Assembly: GCA_016182485.1 (NCBI GenBank) | Contig: JACPGH010000005.1 | Span: 130,305 to 175,952, forward strand | From: Candidatus Kaiserbacteria bacterium | GTDB taxonomy: Bacteria; Patescibacteriota; Minisyncoccia; Phycocordibacterales; Phycocordibacteraceae | Length of the DNA: 45,648 nt | Reading direction: 5' to 3' | Shown: one piece after another, positions 1 to 9,615 of the stretch | Position numbering within the stretch: position 1 is the stretch's first letter | Layout of the letters: each line of letters begins with the position of its first letter | Notes under the pieces: generated by a model | The model's database searches: none | What the model saw: only the letters and a program-made list of their open reading frames with translations | Told to the model about the DNA's origin: nothing | Made by a program: the position numbers and the translations under genes

Positions 1-185
1 ATCGTAGATTTCGTTTCTTGGGAGAGGCGTTTTGCGAGTTCGCCGATAATCGCGAGCTGCATGATTACGGCGCTTTGCGTTTTCTCATCATTCTTGAATG
101 ACGGCTCATCCATTCCTTCGGTAAAGCGCTTTATTTTTGCAACTGCGTCGCGCATTTGCGCCAAGTGCACGTCGTCAGTCTTCAT
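1..185 (-). CDS. HepT (DUF86) toxin-like protein, 3'-truncated by the window edge
   Basis: My own translation from the ATG at 185: MKTDDVHLAQMRDAVAKIKRFTEGMDEPSFKNDEKTQSAVIMQLAIIGELAKRLSQETKST... This looks DUF86-like. The start overlaps the stop of the upstream MNT gene by 11 nt. It is not in the ORF track because it runs off the edge. Confidence 0.6.
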   Translation of the reverse strand, partial: MKTDDVHLAQMRDAVAKIKRFTEGMDEPSFKNDEKTQSAVIMQLAIIGELAKRLSQETKST

Positions 186-462
186 AAATAACCTCTGCGT
201 CTTTCAGGACGTAGGGCTTCACGTGCGGATTAAGAGAGTCCTCGGTTACAACATCCACATCGCACTCGAGCGATTGCTTCAGCTCTTCAACAAGCCGCAC
301 ATACGAAATGAGCCCGAACGGGCGCCCGAGTCGGATAAGGAAGTCAATATCGCTGTCCGCACGCGCGTCTCCGCGCGCGCGAGAGCCGAACACAGACGCG
401 CGCTTCACGCCGTATGAGCGCAGTATCGGAGCGCTTTTCTGACCTATCTCCGCGATATTCAT
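175..462 (-). CDS. MNT-type nucleotidyltransferase (antitoxin partner of HepT)
   Basis: 95-aa ORF with the motif GSRARGDARADSDIDFLI (GSxxRGxxxxxSDxD minimal nucleotidyltransferase signature), translationally coupled to the DUF86 gene. Confidence 0.8.
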   Translation of the reverse strand: MNIAEIGQKSAPILRSYGVKRASVFGSRARGDARADSDIDFLIRLGRPFGLISYVRLVEELKQSLECDVDVVTEDSLNPHVKPYVLKDAEVIYED

Positions 463-528
463 GGCGCAAGTATAGCACGGGAGCTTATCGCGTGAGGCAT
501 GTGCGTTCGCGAATTTGACTTTTGGGTC

Positions 529-2214
529 TTATACACGCGGGAGGTCTACGGTGTCGGCGACTTCGGAAAGGGAGGTGATGCCGGAGAGCGCCTTGAGTAT
601 GCCGTCCTGGGCCATAGTTAAGTAGCCCTGCTTGGCGGCGAGCTTCGCGATCTCGTTAGAGGGCGGATTGTCGCGCAGGAAAGTGGCGAGCTCGTCATCC
701 ATAAATATCGCTTCGTAGAGGCCGATGCGGCCTTTGTAGCCGGTATCGTCTTCGCTCTCGACGGGTTCCCACACCGTTTCGATCTTCTCCGGGATTAGCG
801 ATTTATCGGCAAGGGGCTCGAAGACTTTGGCGATCATGGCTCTCTCTTCTGCAGTAAGGGCGCGTTCTTTTTTCTTGTCCGGATGGAGCTTGCGCAAGAG
901 GCGCTGCGCCATCGAGACCGTGACCGCGGAACCGAAATTTTTGGGGTCGGCGCCGAGGTCCGCGAGGCGCGGAAAGGTGCCGGCAGAATCATTGGTGTGA
1001 AGCGTCGAGAAGACGAAGTGGCCGGTGAGCGCGGCTTGGATCGCTATATCGGCGGTTTCGCCGTCGCGGATCTCTCCCACCATTATCACGTCCGGGTCCT
1101 GGCGCACGATCGAGCGCAGGCCCGCCGCGAAGGTATACTTCTTGCCCTCGACCTGCGTCTGCACGATGCCATCGAGGTGGTATTCGACCGGATCCTCGAT
1201 GGTAATTATTTTTATATCGGAAGAATGAATGCCGCGAAGAAACGCGTAGAGCGTCGTCGTCTTACCGCTCCCGGTCGGGCCGGTTGTGAGTAGCATGCCG
1301 TTCGGCCGCCGGATCTCGTCCTCGAGCCGCGCAAGCAGTTTCGAATGAATGCCGAGTTCCTTGTAGGACACCAAAGTCGCCTTCGGGTCGAGGATGCGCA
1401 TCACGATCGATTCGCCGTAGTTGCCTGGAATAAAAGAAGCGCGTATCTCGATCTGCTCGCTCTTCGCATCCGGACCCGGCCGCGAAATGCTGAAGCGGCC
1501 GTCCTGAGCGCGGTCCGAAATATTTATTTTCACTCCCGAAAGGAGTTTGATACGCGAATTAAGCTGACGATACGCCGCCGCATCGAAGAAGTACGTATCG
1601 ACGAGTATGCCGTCGAGCCGCAGGCGCAGACGCACCTTCTCTTCTTCCGGTTCGAAGTGAATGTCCGAGGCTCGCAGGGCGAAAGCGCCGGTGAACATCG
1701 TCTCGATTATCTTCGAAATGCGGTCGAGCGATTTCAGTCCCGCCGCGGCGTCCAATTGCTCCCCAAGCGCCTTTTTGGTGAGCGGCGCCTCCGGCCCGCT
1801 CCCTTTAGGATAAGCGGGGATAGCGAACATCCCGGCACGCGACTCGACTGCGTAGGAGAGCTCGCTATATCGTGACAGCGCTTTCTCGAGGCTCTTTTTC
1901 GATACGAGGAATTCCTTCAGCTTGAACCCCCACTTTTCGATGTCGGCGCGCATTTTTTCGAGGGCCGGGTTATTTGGATTCGCGATCGCCACAGACAACG
2001 TCTTCGCCACTTTTGCGAACGCTGCCGCTTCCGCTTCACGCGCTTCCGCTTCCGGAATGACGCGCAGAGCGTCGGTATCGATCTCCCGCATCGAGAGGTC
2101 GGTATAGGTCATGCCGTATTTATCCGAAAGGAGCTGCGCGAGGTCTTCTTCTTCGCGCTCGTGCACTTCGGCGAGTTTTTTCGCCTCGTGCGCGGTATCA
2201 AAGGGTACGTCCAT
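529..2214 (-). CDS. pilB: Type IV pilus assembly / type II secretion ATPase (PilB/GspE family)
   Basis: Walker A GPTGSGKTTT, a GspE-type N-terminal domain and a hexameric secretion ATPase core. Start moved to the internal ATG (MDVPFDT...). A TACTAT box lies 6 nt upstream. Confidence 0.9.
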   Translation of the reverse strand: MDVPFDTAHEAKKLAEVHEREEEDLAQLLSDKYGMTYTDLSMREIDTDALRVIPEAEAREAEAAAFAKVAKTLSVAIANPNNPALEKMRADIEKWGFKLKEFLVSKKSLEKALSRYSELSYAVESRAGMFAIPAYPKGSGPEAPLTKKALGEQLDAAAGLKSLDRISKIIETMFTGAFALRASDIHFEPEEEKVRLRLRLDGILVDTYFFDAAAYRQLNSRIKLLSGVKINISDRAQDGRFSISRPGPDAKSEQIEIRASFIPGNYGESIVMRILDPKATLVSYKELGIHSKLLARLEDEIRRPNGMLLTTGPTGSGKTTTLYAFLRGIHSSDIKIITIEDPVEYHLDGIVQTQVEGKKYTFAAGLRSIVRQDPDVIMVGEIRDGETADIAIQAALTGHFVFSTLHTNDSAGTFPRLADLGADPKNFGSAVTVSMAQRLLRKLHPDKKKERALTAEERAMIAKVFEPLADKSLIPEKIETVWEPVESEDDTGYKGRIGLYEAIFMDDELATFLRDNPPSNEIAKLAAKQGYLTMAQDGILKALSGITSLSEVADTVDLPRV

Positions 2215-2327
2215 GGCCGTATAGTAACATCTGAAAGGGAAGCAAACCGGTTGAACTTGACAGAACGGCATAAAGCGTGCTAACATAGCAATAGGTTTTA
2301 CACCAAATCCGAAAGGAGGCTTCAATC

Positions 2328-2741
2328 ATGAAGCTGATCGTTCTTTTCATCACGGTCGTCGCTGTCGCAGTGCCGGCTTTCGCGCAATCGCAGGGCTCCA
2401 TGCCGCGGATGCAGTCCTCGTGCGCGCCTCCGGGGCAGTGGGTCCCGCGTACGGGCCCTTCGGGCCCGTACTGGAACTGCGAGGCGACGTTCATACCGTC
2501 CGCGCCGTCTCCGGTCGTAGTGTATCCGCCGGTGGTCGTGTACCAGCCGGCACCAGTCTACGTGCCGGTGTACCAGGTACCGGACTCGGCGGCCGCGATC
2601 CGGTTCTGGCTCGCGACCGGGGTCAACCCGTTGGTTAGCCAGGTTTTTCCGGTCGCGCCGTGCTTCGGGTCGTGTGTGTCCGTCAGTGTGGGGGCAACGT
2701 TCCCCATCGGCGGCGGACACCGGCATCATCGCCGGCGGTAG
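2328..2741 (+). CDS. Small secreted Pro/Val-rich protein (hypothetical)
   Basis: RBS gaaaggagg lies 7 nt upstream. N-terminal signal peptide MKLIVLFITVVAVAVPAFA|QS. No family recognised. Confidence 0.45.
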   Translation: MKLIVLFITVVAVAVPAFAQSQGSMPRMQSSCAPPGQWVPRTGPSGPYWNCEATFIPSAPSPVVVYPPVVVYQPAPVYVPVYQVPDSAAAIRFWLATGVNPLVSQVFPVAPCFGSCVSVSVGATFPIGGGHRHHRRR

Positions 2742-2810
2742 TTCCTCTCGTGCGCCCGACCTTCTTCGGAAAGTCGGGCGCACTCTCGTTTTCGGCGGTA
2801 CAATGGCTCG

Positions 2811-3248
2811 ATGGAGAAGAAGATCGAGGATCTCGAGGCGCTGACCGAAGAGGCAAAACGATTTGTGGAGACGCTCGCTCCGGCCGCGAATGCCGCGACG
2901 CTCGTCGCTCTCTCGGGCGAGCTCGGCGCGGGGAAAACCGCTTTTACGAAAGCGGTCGCAAGAGCGCTAGGCGTGGAAGAAACGGTAACCAGCCCGACTT
3001 TCGTTCTTGAAAAAATTTACCTGCTGCCCGCAAAGAAACCGTTCAAGCGGCTCGTGCATATTGACGCGTACCGGCTCACCTCCGGCGCCGAGCTCGCGCC
3101 GCTCGGCTTCGACGAGCTCATGAAGGATCCTAGTAATCTTGTGTTGCTCGAGTGGCCGGAGCATGTCGCCGACGCTTTGCCCGCTCCTGCCGCACGCCTC
3201 TCGTTTACGGCCCTCCCGGACGGTTCCCATAAAATTTCCTATGGCTAA
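2811..3248 (+). CDS. tsaE: tRNA t6A37 biosynthesis protein TsaE (YjeE ATPase)
   Basis: P-loop LSGELGAGKTAFTKAVARALG followed by TSPTF, typical of TsaE. The stop overlaps the polA start (ATGGCTAA). Confidence 0.85.
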   Translation: MEKKIEDLEALTEEAKRFVETLAPAANAATLVALSGELGAGKTAFTKAVARALGVEETVTSPTFVLEKIYLLPAKKPFKRLVHIDAYRLTSGAELAPLGFDELMKDPSNLVLLEWPEHVADALPAPAARLSFTALPDGSHKISYG

Positions 3249-5682
3249 AAAAGCGAACAAGCGCGCCCGCCTCGACTCGCCGTCTTCGGCGAGGCGGGTC
3301 GTCCTGCTCGACGTGCACGCGATCATCCATAGGGCGTATCACGCCCTGCCTGAGCTCACCGGCCCCGGCGGCATGCCGACCGGCGCCCTATACGGGCTCA
3401 TTTCAATGCTGCTAAAAATCTTCGGAGAGCTTAAGCCCGACCATATCGCCGCCTGCTACGACCTCGCCGCCCCGACGATCCGACACGAAGCGTTCGAAGG
3501 GTACAAAGCGACCCGGGTGAAGATTGAGGATTCGCTGGCGCTCCAGATCGGCCAATCGAGGAAGGTATTCCAAGCTTTCTCCATCCCGGTCTATGAAAGG
3601 GCAGGATTCGAGGCAGATGATCTCTTGGGCACCATCGCGCATGAGCTCAAGGGACGCGACGACATTGACGTCATCATCGCTTCCGGGGATATGGATACGC
3701 TCCAGCTTGTCGACGATGCGCGCGTGCGCGTATATACGCTGAAGAAAGGCATCAACGACACCATTTTGTACGATGAGAAGGCTGTGCGTGCGCGGTTCGG
3801 TTTCCCGCCCGCGCTCATTCCCGACTGGAAAGGTCTGCGCGGCGACCCTTCGGACAACATCAAGGGCGTCCCAGGCATCGGTGAGAAGACGGCGACCGAA
3901 CTCATAACGAATTTCGGGAGCGTCGAGAAGATATACGCCGCGCTCAAAAAAGGCGAAGAGGCGTTCCTAAAAAAAGGAATTAAGGCCCGTATGGTAGGAC
4001 TGCTTAAGGAGCATGAAGAAGACGCGCGCTTCTCGAAATCGCTCGCTACCATACGGCTCGACGCGCCTATCGCCTTTACGCTCCCTGAAGAGACGTGGCA
4101 GGGACACGCGGATGTGCAGAAAGTGACCGCGCTTCTCGACGAGTTCGGCTTCCGTTCCTTGCGCGACCGGGCGCGGGCAGTTCTTGGCGTTCCGGCGCAA
4201 TCTGATGAATCTTCGGGTCCGCATATCACGGATGATGAAAGCGGGAGCGCCACGCCAAAGCCTTCACAGATTGCGCCGGAACGCCTATGCGAGGGACAGG
4301 TAATGCTCTGGCTTATTTCATCGGAATTCACGAATCCCTCGCTTGACGACATTCTGGCATTTACGCGCGAGCGGACATTCGAGGGCGCATACGCGAAACT
4401 CGAGGGAGACTTGGAAAAAGCGAGGAAGGTCAAGGACGTATATGAGCGGATCGAAAAGCCGCTCATACCGATAGTGCGGGAGATGAACGCGCATGGCGTC
4501 CTCATTGACCCTGTTGTCCTAAAAAATCTGGCCGGCAAGTATCGGGAGGAGTTAGAGGTACGGGAAAAGCAGATTTATGCGGCCGCCGGGCACGAGTTCA
4601 ATATCAGCTCTCCCAAACAGCTCGGCGACGTCCTCTTCGACGAGCTTAAGATCATTCCTGATCGGCAGAAAAGGACGGCGGGCGGCCAACGCTCCACGCG
4701 GGAAAGCGAGCTCGAGAAGATCCGCGATGCGCACCCGGTCGTGGGCGCCATTCTCGAGTATCGCGAACTTAAGAAGCTGCTCTCCACCTATATCGAGAAT
4801 GTTCCGCCGCTTCTCGATTCCGAGAACCGCCTGCACGCCGAATTCCTCCAGACTGGCACAACGACCGGGCGGATGGCGAGCCAGAATCCGAACCTGCAGA
4901 ATATCCCGCTCCATTCCGAACGCGGGCGGGCTATCCGGCACGCTTTTGTCGCGCCCGCAGATTTCCTGCTCGTCTCTCTCGATTATTCGCAGGTAGAACT
5001 GCGCATCGCCGCCATACTTTCCGGCGATCCGGAACTCGGCGCGATTTTCAAAAGCGGTAGGGACGTACACCAAGAAGTGGCGGCGCGCGTCTTCCATGTC
5101 TCTCCGGAACATGTCGACAGCGAGATGCGCCGGCGCGCCAAAGTCATCAATTTCGGCATTCTCTACGGCATGGGCGTTAATGCGCTCCGGGCCCAGCTCA
5201 GCTCGACGACAGCCGACGCGCACCGGTACCTCGAAGAGTATTTCGCTACTTTCAAAACGCTCGCCGAATACCTTGAGAGCACGAAAGGCTTCGCGCGCAA
5301 GCACGGATACACAGAGACGCTCTTCGGCCGGCGCCGGCAATTCCCGGAAATGCAGTCGACACTCCCGTATGTGCGGGCCCAAGCCGAGCGTATGGCGATA
5401 AACGCGCCGATCCAGGGCACGCAGGCGGACATTATCAAGCTTGCGATGGTGCGCGTGGACGAGATGCTTAAAAAGGAGAAAGCGCAGGAAGACGCGCACC
5501 TCTTATTGCAGGTGCATGACGAGTTGGTGTATGAGATCCGAGAGAAGCGGGCGGGCGAACTTGGCGGGAAGATCAAGAAGATCATGGAATCGGTTCTGAG
5601 CGAAGAGCAGGCGCGCGACGTGCCGGTCGTTGCCTCAATGAAATCAGGTCCGAATTGGGGCGTCATGAACGGGGTCGCATGA
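3241..5682 (+). CDS. polA: DNA polymerase I (5'-3' exonuclease plus family A polymerase)
   Basis: N-terminal FEN/5' nuclease domain (LLDVHAIIHRAYHAL, GIGEKTA). C-terminal Pol A motifs (DYSQVELRI, RRAKVINFGILYGM, QVHDELV). Start set at MAKKANK (ATG 3241). Confidence 0.95.
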   Translation: MAKKANKRARLDSPSSARRVVLLDVHAIIHRAYHALPELTGPGGMPTGALYGLISMLLKIFGELKPDHIAACYDLAAPTIRHEAFEGYKATRVKIEDSLALQIGQSRKVFQAFSIPVYERAGFEADDLLGTIAHELKGRDDIDVIIASGDMDTLQLVDDARVRVYTLKKGINDTILYDEKAVRARFGFPPALIPDWKGLRGDPSDNIKGVPGIGEKTATELITNFGSVEKIYAALKKGEEAFLKKGIKARMVGLLKEHEEDARFSKSLATIRLDAPIAFTLPEETWQGHADVQKVTALLDEFGFRSLRDRARAVLGVPAQSDESSGPHITDDESGSATPKPSQIAPERLCEGQVMLWLISSEFTNPSLDDILAFTRERTFEGAYAKLEGDLEKARKVKDVYERIEKPLIPIVREMNAHGVLIDPVVLKNLAGKYREELEVREKQIYAAAGHEFNISSPKQLGDVLFDELKIIPDRQKRTAGGQRSTRESELEKIRDAHPVVGAILEYRELKKLLSTYIENVPPLLDSENRLHAEFLQTGTTTGRMASQNPNLQNIPLHSERGRAIRHAFVAPADFLLVSLDYSQVELRIAAILSGDPELGAIFKSGRDVHQEVAARVFHVSPEHVDSEMRRRAKVINFGILYGMGVNALRAQLSSTTADAHRYLEEYFATFKTLAEYLESTKGFARKHGYTETLFGRRRQFPEMQSTLPYVRAQAERMAINAPIQGTQADIIKLAMVRVDEMLKKEKAQEDAHLLLQVHDELVYEIREKRAGELGGKIKKIMESVLSEEQARDVPVVASMKSGPNWGVMNGVA

Positions 5683-5694
5683 CCTGACGCGGCG

Positions 5695-6426
5695 ATGATC
5701 TACCTCTTTTACGGTTCCGATATCGAGAAGACGCGCGCGAAAGCCTTCGAGTGGATCGCTGCGGCGCGTAAAAAAGAACCGAATCTGGCGTATGCGCGTC
5801 TCGCGCGCGAAGAGCTCACCGAGAGCGTGCTCGAAGACGCGGCGCTCTCGGGCGGCCTTTTCGTGAGGCGCCTCCTCGTGCTATTCGACGACCCATTTGG
5901 GAACATGAGGGACATCGTAAGTCCATCATCGGATGAGGGACTTACGATGTCCAAGCACGGCGAGGCGCAGGATCTGCTCGAAGAACACCTCGACCGGCTA
6001 GCCGATTCTGATAACGCGATTATTATCCTCGCGCCGAAACTGGCTCTCGCGAAGGCAAGGAAAATAGCCGCCAAAGCCAAGTTCGCGTATGAATACAACT
6101 TGCCCCCCTCGGCCGCTAAGCCCGTACGAGGGTTTAATGCGGCGCTCGTGAACGCGCTCGCTGTCCGCTCGCGAGAGAGATTGTGGCTCGAGATCGTACG
6201 GGCGCTCCGCGCCGGCGATGCGCCCGAGATGCTGCATGGCCTCTTGCATTGGAAAGCGCGCGATTTGATGGACCTGTCTGCCGGCAGGCAGGCAAAGGGA
6301 AGCCGACCGTGGAGTGCCGCCGAAGCGCGTAAACTATCGCTCTCGCTCATCGCGCTCCTCCAAGATTCCCGCCGCAAGAACCTTGATCTCGCAGAATCGC
6401 TTGAGCGCTTCGCGCTTAGCATCTGA
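5695..6426 (+). CDS. DNA polymerase III delta subunit-like protein (short HolA)
   Basis: N-terminus MIYLFYGSDIEKTRAKAFEWI resembles HolA, and the gene sits directly after polA. The match is weak and made by eye only. Confidence 0.5.
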   Translation: MIYLFYGSDIEKTRAKAFEWIAAARKKEPNLAYARLAREELTESVLEDAALSGGLFVRRLLVLFDDPFGNMRDIVSPSSDEGLTMSKHGEAQDLLEEHLDRLADSDNAIIILAPKLALAKARKIAAKAKFAYEYNLPPSAAKPVRGFNAALVNALAVRSRERLWLEIVRALRAGDAPEMLHGLLHWKARDLMDLSAGRQAKGSRPWSAAEARKLSLSLIALLQDSRRKNLDLAESLERFALSI

Positions 6427-6428
6427 CC

Positions 6429-6860
6429 ATGGAGCACGTCGCTATCATGCAAAAGTCCTGGGGCCTGACGCAAAAGATCCTCGACGGCAGAAAAACGATA
6501 GAATCGCGCTGGTATGCGGTGCGCCACAAGCCCTGGGATGTCGTTCAGGCGGGCGAGACGATCTATTTCAAGGACGCAGGACAGCTGGCGACGATACGGG
6601 CGGAAGCGGAGAAGGTTTTGCAATTCGTGGATCTGACGCCCAAGCGCGTCGGAGAGATCCTTGAGAAATACGGAGAAAAAGATGGCATAGAAAAAGCGGA
6701 TGTATCCAAATTTCTCAAAAAATTCAAGGATAAGAACTACTGCGTTCTCATTTTTCTGAAAAATCCCCGGAAGATCAAGCCATTCAACATCAACAAATCC
6801 GGCTTCGGCGCGATGTCGGCCTGGATCACGGTCGATTCCGTTTCTAAGATCAAGAAATAA
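6429..6860 (+). CDS. ASCH (PUA-like) domain protein
   Basis: KILDGRKTIESRWY...QAGETIYFK pattern typical of ASCH domains. Confidence 0.55.
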   Translation: MEHVAIMQKSWGLTQKILDGRKTIESRWYAVRHKPWDVVQAGETIYFKDAGQLATIRAEAEKVLQFVDLTPKRVGEILEKYGEKDGIEKADVSKFLKKFKDKNYCVLIFLKNPRKIKPFNINKSGFGAMSAWITVDSVSKIKK

Positions 6861-6945
6861 GTCGATACTTGTACATTTGCGCCAGAAGAATCTTAAGCGT
6901 AGGATGCCGCCAGAAGCGCGCAGCTAAAGATCACGGGAGGAGCCG

Positions 6946-7644
6946 ATGAATATCAGGGGCATTTTGACCGATTTCGACGGAGTCCTCCTGGATTCATTCA
7001 GGGAAGGTCTCCGGCGCATCAAGCTTGTATGCGCTCTCCATGACCGCCCGTTCGGCCGAGAGACACGAAAGGAGCTGTTCAACCGCTGGGGCCTGCCCGG
7101 CATCGAACTGCTCATGCAGTGTCTCGGCGTGAACGAGACGCTCGCGCGCCGGATGTACATTGATTGGGAAAGACTCGATAAGGCAGATCCACCGCCGCTT
7201 GTTCCCGGTGCTCGTGAGGTGCTCGTCTGGCTGCGTCAGAACGGATTCAAGGTCGCGCTCATCACGTCCCGTCATCGCGCAAATCTGCTCGAGGTACTCG
7301 ACCAACTCGATCTTGAACGAGAATTCGCGGTGGTAACAGCGAAAGAGGACGTGCCGGGATACCACAAGCCGGATCCGCGCGTGTTCCGCCACGCGCTCGA
7401 GGCGCTCGAGGCGCAATGCGGCATCTTAGCAAAGCAGTGCATCTTCGTCGGCGATACACCGAGCGACACGGTCGCTGGACACAATGCAGAACTCGAGACA
7501 CTCATCGTGCAGACGGGACCGTACATGCTCGAGCACATCGAGCGGTATCCGGTCGCTCTCGGAAACGTCTTGAAATCCATTGACGATCTCCCGTACTGGA
7601 TCGAGCGACGTCACGATGGCCCGCTCAAGATTCTGTACGGGTAG
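6946..7644 (+). CDS. HAD-superfamily hydrolase (phosphatase-like)
   Basis: HAD motif I DFDGVLLDS, motif II ITSR, motif IV GDTPSD. SD gggaggag upstream. Confidence 0.8.
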   Translation: MNIRGILTDFDGVLLDSFREGLRRIKLVCALHDRPFGRETRKELFNRWGLPGIELLMQCLGVNETLARRMYIDWERLDKADPPPLVPGAREVLVWLRQNGFKVALITSRHRANLLEVLDQLDLEREFAVVTAKEDVPGYHKPDPRVFRHALEALEAQCGILAKQCIFVGDTPSDTVAGHNAELETLIVQTGPYMLEHIERYPVALGNVLKSIDDLPYWIERRHDGPLKILYG

Positions 7645-7646
7645 CC

Positions 7647-7680
7647 GCCCCGGCGCGCGACGCGCCGGGGCGCTCTATTT
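7647..7680 (+). terminator. Intrinsic terminator after the HAD hydrolase gene
   Basis: 11-bp GC stem gccccggcgcg / cgcgccggggc with a 3-nt loop, followed by gctctattt. Confidence 0.6.
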
Positions 7681-7697
7681 AGGGGTACAATAACCCC

Positions 7698-8060
7698 ATG
7701 AACGTATTTCAAAAACGCATCAAGAAGTTCGCCGAAGACCGAGATTGGGGGCAATTCCATAATCCGAAAGACCTGCTTCTCGGCATTGTAGAAGAAATAG
7801 GGGAGATACGAAATATAGTTAAATGGGAGCAGGATCCGCAGGTTCTCAAGAAAGTTTTGCACAAAAATAAGAAGGAACTCGAAGATAACATAGGCGATAT
7901 TTATTGGTTTTTAGCACTATTAGCGAACGAGAACGGCGTGAACATAGATACTGCTATCGACGGCGTTATAAAGAAAAACATCAAGCGCTTTCCGATAAAA
8001 GATACGAAGTCGCGCCACACCAATATCCATCTGGGCGGCAAAGATGAGCAGTACGCGTAG
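7698..8060 (+). CDS. MazG-like nucleoside triphosphate pyrophosphohydrolase (DCTPP1-like)
   Basis: FAEDRDWGQFHNPKDLLLGIVEEIGEI and GDIYWFLALLA helices typical of all-alpha MazG-like NTP-PPases. AT-richer than its neighbours. Confidence 0.75.
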   Translation: MNVFQKRIKKFAEDRDWGQFHNPKDLLLGIVEEIGEIRNIVKWEQDPQVLKKVLHKNKKELEDNIGDIYWFLALLANENGVNIDTAIDGVIKKNIKRFPIKDTKSRHTNIHLGGKDEQYA

Positions 8061-8062
8061 AC

Positions 8063-8446
8063 TTACTGTTGGTTTCTTTTGTTCTCGCGCTCCTGCACGG
8101 CGTCTTCGTCCATGCCGAAGTGGTGGGCGAATTCGTGCCAGATGGTGTCCGCGATAACATCGCGCACATCTATAGCGTCCCCTCGCGCCGCCGTTTCAAT
8201 CGGATTTTGAAAAAGCGTTATGGTATCTGGCGGAACGACGGTATCTTCGTAGTTACGAGCCGTGAGCGGCACGCCGTGGTAATAGCCGAGCAGGGTTTCG
8301 CCGCCACTTAACCCTTCGAGTCGGCGCACTTCCTCAGACGGCTCATCTTCTATAAGAATTGCGACATTACGTATTTTTTCACGCACTGCCGCTGGAAGGC
8401 GTTCGCATCCTTCGCGCACCAGTTTTTCGAATTTCGTACGCTCCAT
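8063..8446 (-). CDS. Zincin-like metallopeptidase family protein (DUF1025-type)
   Basis: C-terminal HEFAHHFG zinc motif. Start at MERTKFEK (ATG 8446), only 10 nt downstream of the tRNA-Lys 3' end. Confidence 0.7.
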   Translation of the reverse strand: MERTKFEKLVREGCERLPAAVREKIRNVAILIEDEPSEEVRRLEGLSGGETLLGYYHGVPLTARNYEDTVVPPDTITLFQNPIETAARGDAIDVRDVIADTIWHEFAHHFGMDEDAVQERENKRNQQ

Positions 8447-8455
8447 GTGTATGTG

Positions 8456-8529
8456 TGCGCCCAGATGGATTTGAACCATCGACCTGCCGCTTAAAAGGCG
8501 GATGCTCTACCAGACTGAGCTATGGGCGC
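8456..8529 (-). tRNA. tRNA-Lys (anticodon UUU)
   Basis: Hand-folded cloverleaf: GCGCCCA acceptor stem, anticodon loop CUUUUAA, T-arm GGTTCAAATCC. CCA is not encoded. Confidence 0.9.
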
Positions 8530-8594
8530 GAAGTGAGGAACGAAGAACGAATGCACCTCTCTACTTACAACTTATCACTTACTGCTTATACCTT

Positions 8595-9545
8595 CTAGTA
8601 CGAGAACGCGTCTACCGTATTGCCCTGCGCGTCGACCAGGCGCACCACCTCGAGCCGCGAACGCCATAGGGGCGCCGTGCGGCCGAGGTATACGCGCCAG
8701 GTGTCGCCTTTGAAATTCGCGTCGTTCTGATGCGCGGAAACGCAGCCGTTGTAATTCAAATACTTCACCATGAAGGCCCCGCAGGCACTCGAGACCGAGA
8801 CTGGCGGCGAGAGCGCGACCTGGCAGCGAGAGAGCTTGTCGACGTAATCGATGCAGGAGGGATCGCGGATGTACTGCGCGCCGTAATAGGCGCGCAGCTC
8901 GTCGCTCGGCGCGGGGCATATTTGCGGCAGAGCCGGCGAGAAGGTCTGGTACGCCGCAAAATAGCCGATGCATTTGTTCTCGCGGAAAGAGGCGCCGATG
9001 GGCGACTGCCCAGAGAATATTGTCGCGCGCATGCCTGGCTTAAGGATTATGTCCTCCGCCGCATTCACCGTGCCGCTTGTGGGCGTCTCTGTGCCCTTGG
9101 GGATCAAAGACCCGTTGCCGGTCGCTCCGCTTGAAAGAGACCAGCCGGAGATGTTGACCGGAGCTGACGCGTTCGAAGCGAGCGATATCTCGATGTATTC
9201 GGCGCTCGGGTTCGCGGAGCCTGCGCTCGAAATGTAATGATTCATACTCACCTGGCCGCGATAGAGCGAGGGTGTCCCGAAGGCGGTCGGCAAAGTCGGA
9301 CCTAGCGTTCCTCCGGAACCGTCCAACGCTCCGCCGCCGCTTGAAGAGCCTGGCAGAGTTACGTTCGTGCCTCCGATGCCGAAGGGAGCGCGGGGCAGGG
9401 AAAGATAAGTCCCTCCCCCGAGCTGTCCCGGAAGCGAGAGCGTGGGGCCGGTGTATGCAATGGGATGAAATGGTCCGCCGACCGCTACCCAGACTAGGAA
9501 TATGAAGGCGAAGATCCCGACGAAGAACCACGCATCGTGCTCCAT
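8595..9545 (-). CDS. Membrane-anchored lamin-tail-domain (LTD)-like secreted protein
   Basis: N-terminal TM helix. EYIEISLASNASAPVNISGWSLSS matches the LTD signature (EYVEL..N.s...dLsGW.L). Cys-rich C-terminal region. Confidence 0.55.
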   Translation of the reverse strand: MEHDAWFFVGIFAFIFLVWVAVGGPFHPIAYTGPTLSLPGQLGGGTYLSLPRAPFGIGGTNVTLPGSSSGGGALDGSGGTLGPTLPTAFGTPSLYRGQVSMNHYISSAGSANPSAEYIEISLASNASAPVNISGWSLSSGATGNGSLIPKGTETPTSGTVNAAEDIILKPGMRATIFSGQSPIGASFRENKCIGYFAAYQTFSPALPQICPAPSDELRAYYGAQYIRDPSCIDYVDKLSRCQVALSPPVSVSSACGAFMVKYLNYNGCVSAHQNDANFKGDTWRVYLGRTAPLWRSRLEVVRLVDAQGNTVDAFSY

Positions 9546-9559
9546 GGAGAAATACTAAC

Positions 9560-9615
9560 AGGCGCTAGGCTTTAGGCGCTAGCTAATCCGAAAAAACTAC
9601 TAAAGCCTAGCGCCT
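9560..9615. repeat. CTAG-rich intergenic inverted repeat (16-bp arms)
   Basis: aggcgctaggctttag (9560..9575) pairs perfectly with ctaaagcctagcgcct (9600..9615). The right arm covers the Mur ligase stop codon. Related motifs occur at 11461..11483 and 17226..17295. Confidence 0.6.

Noticed and set aside
2322-2783. 153-aa minus-strand ORF overlapping the small secreted-protein gene
   Set aside because: Arg-rich shadow ORF. The plus-strand ORF has an SD and a signal peptide, so it is the better though still uncertain call.
3412-6623. Long antisense and off-frame ORFs inside polA and the holA-like gene (e.g. 3591..4538 -, 4552..5499 -, 5163..5666 -, 5709..6623 -)
   Set aside because: Typical GC-rich shadow ORFs. 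The products are Arg/Ser/Ala/Pro-rich and low in complexity, and the ORFs fully overlap genes with clear family signatures on the other strand.
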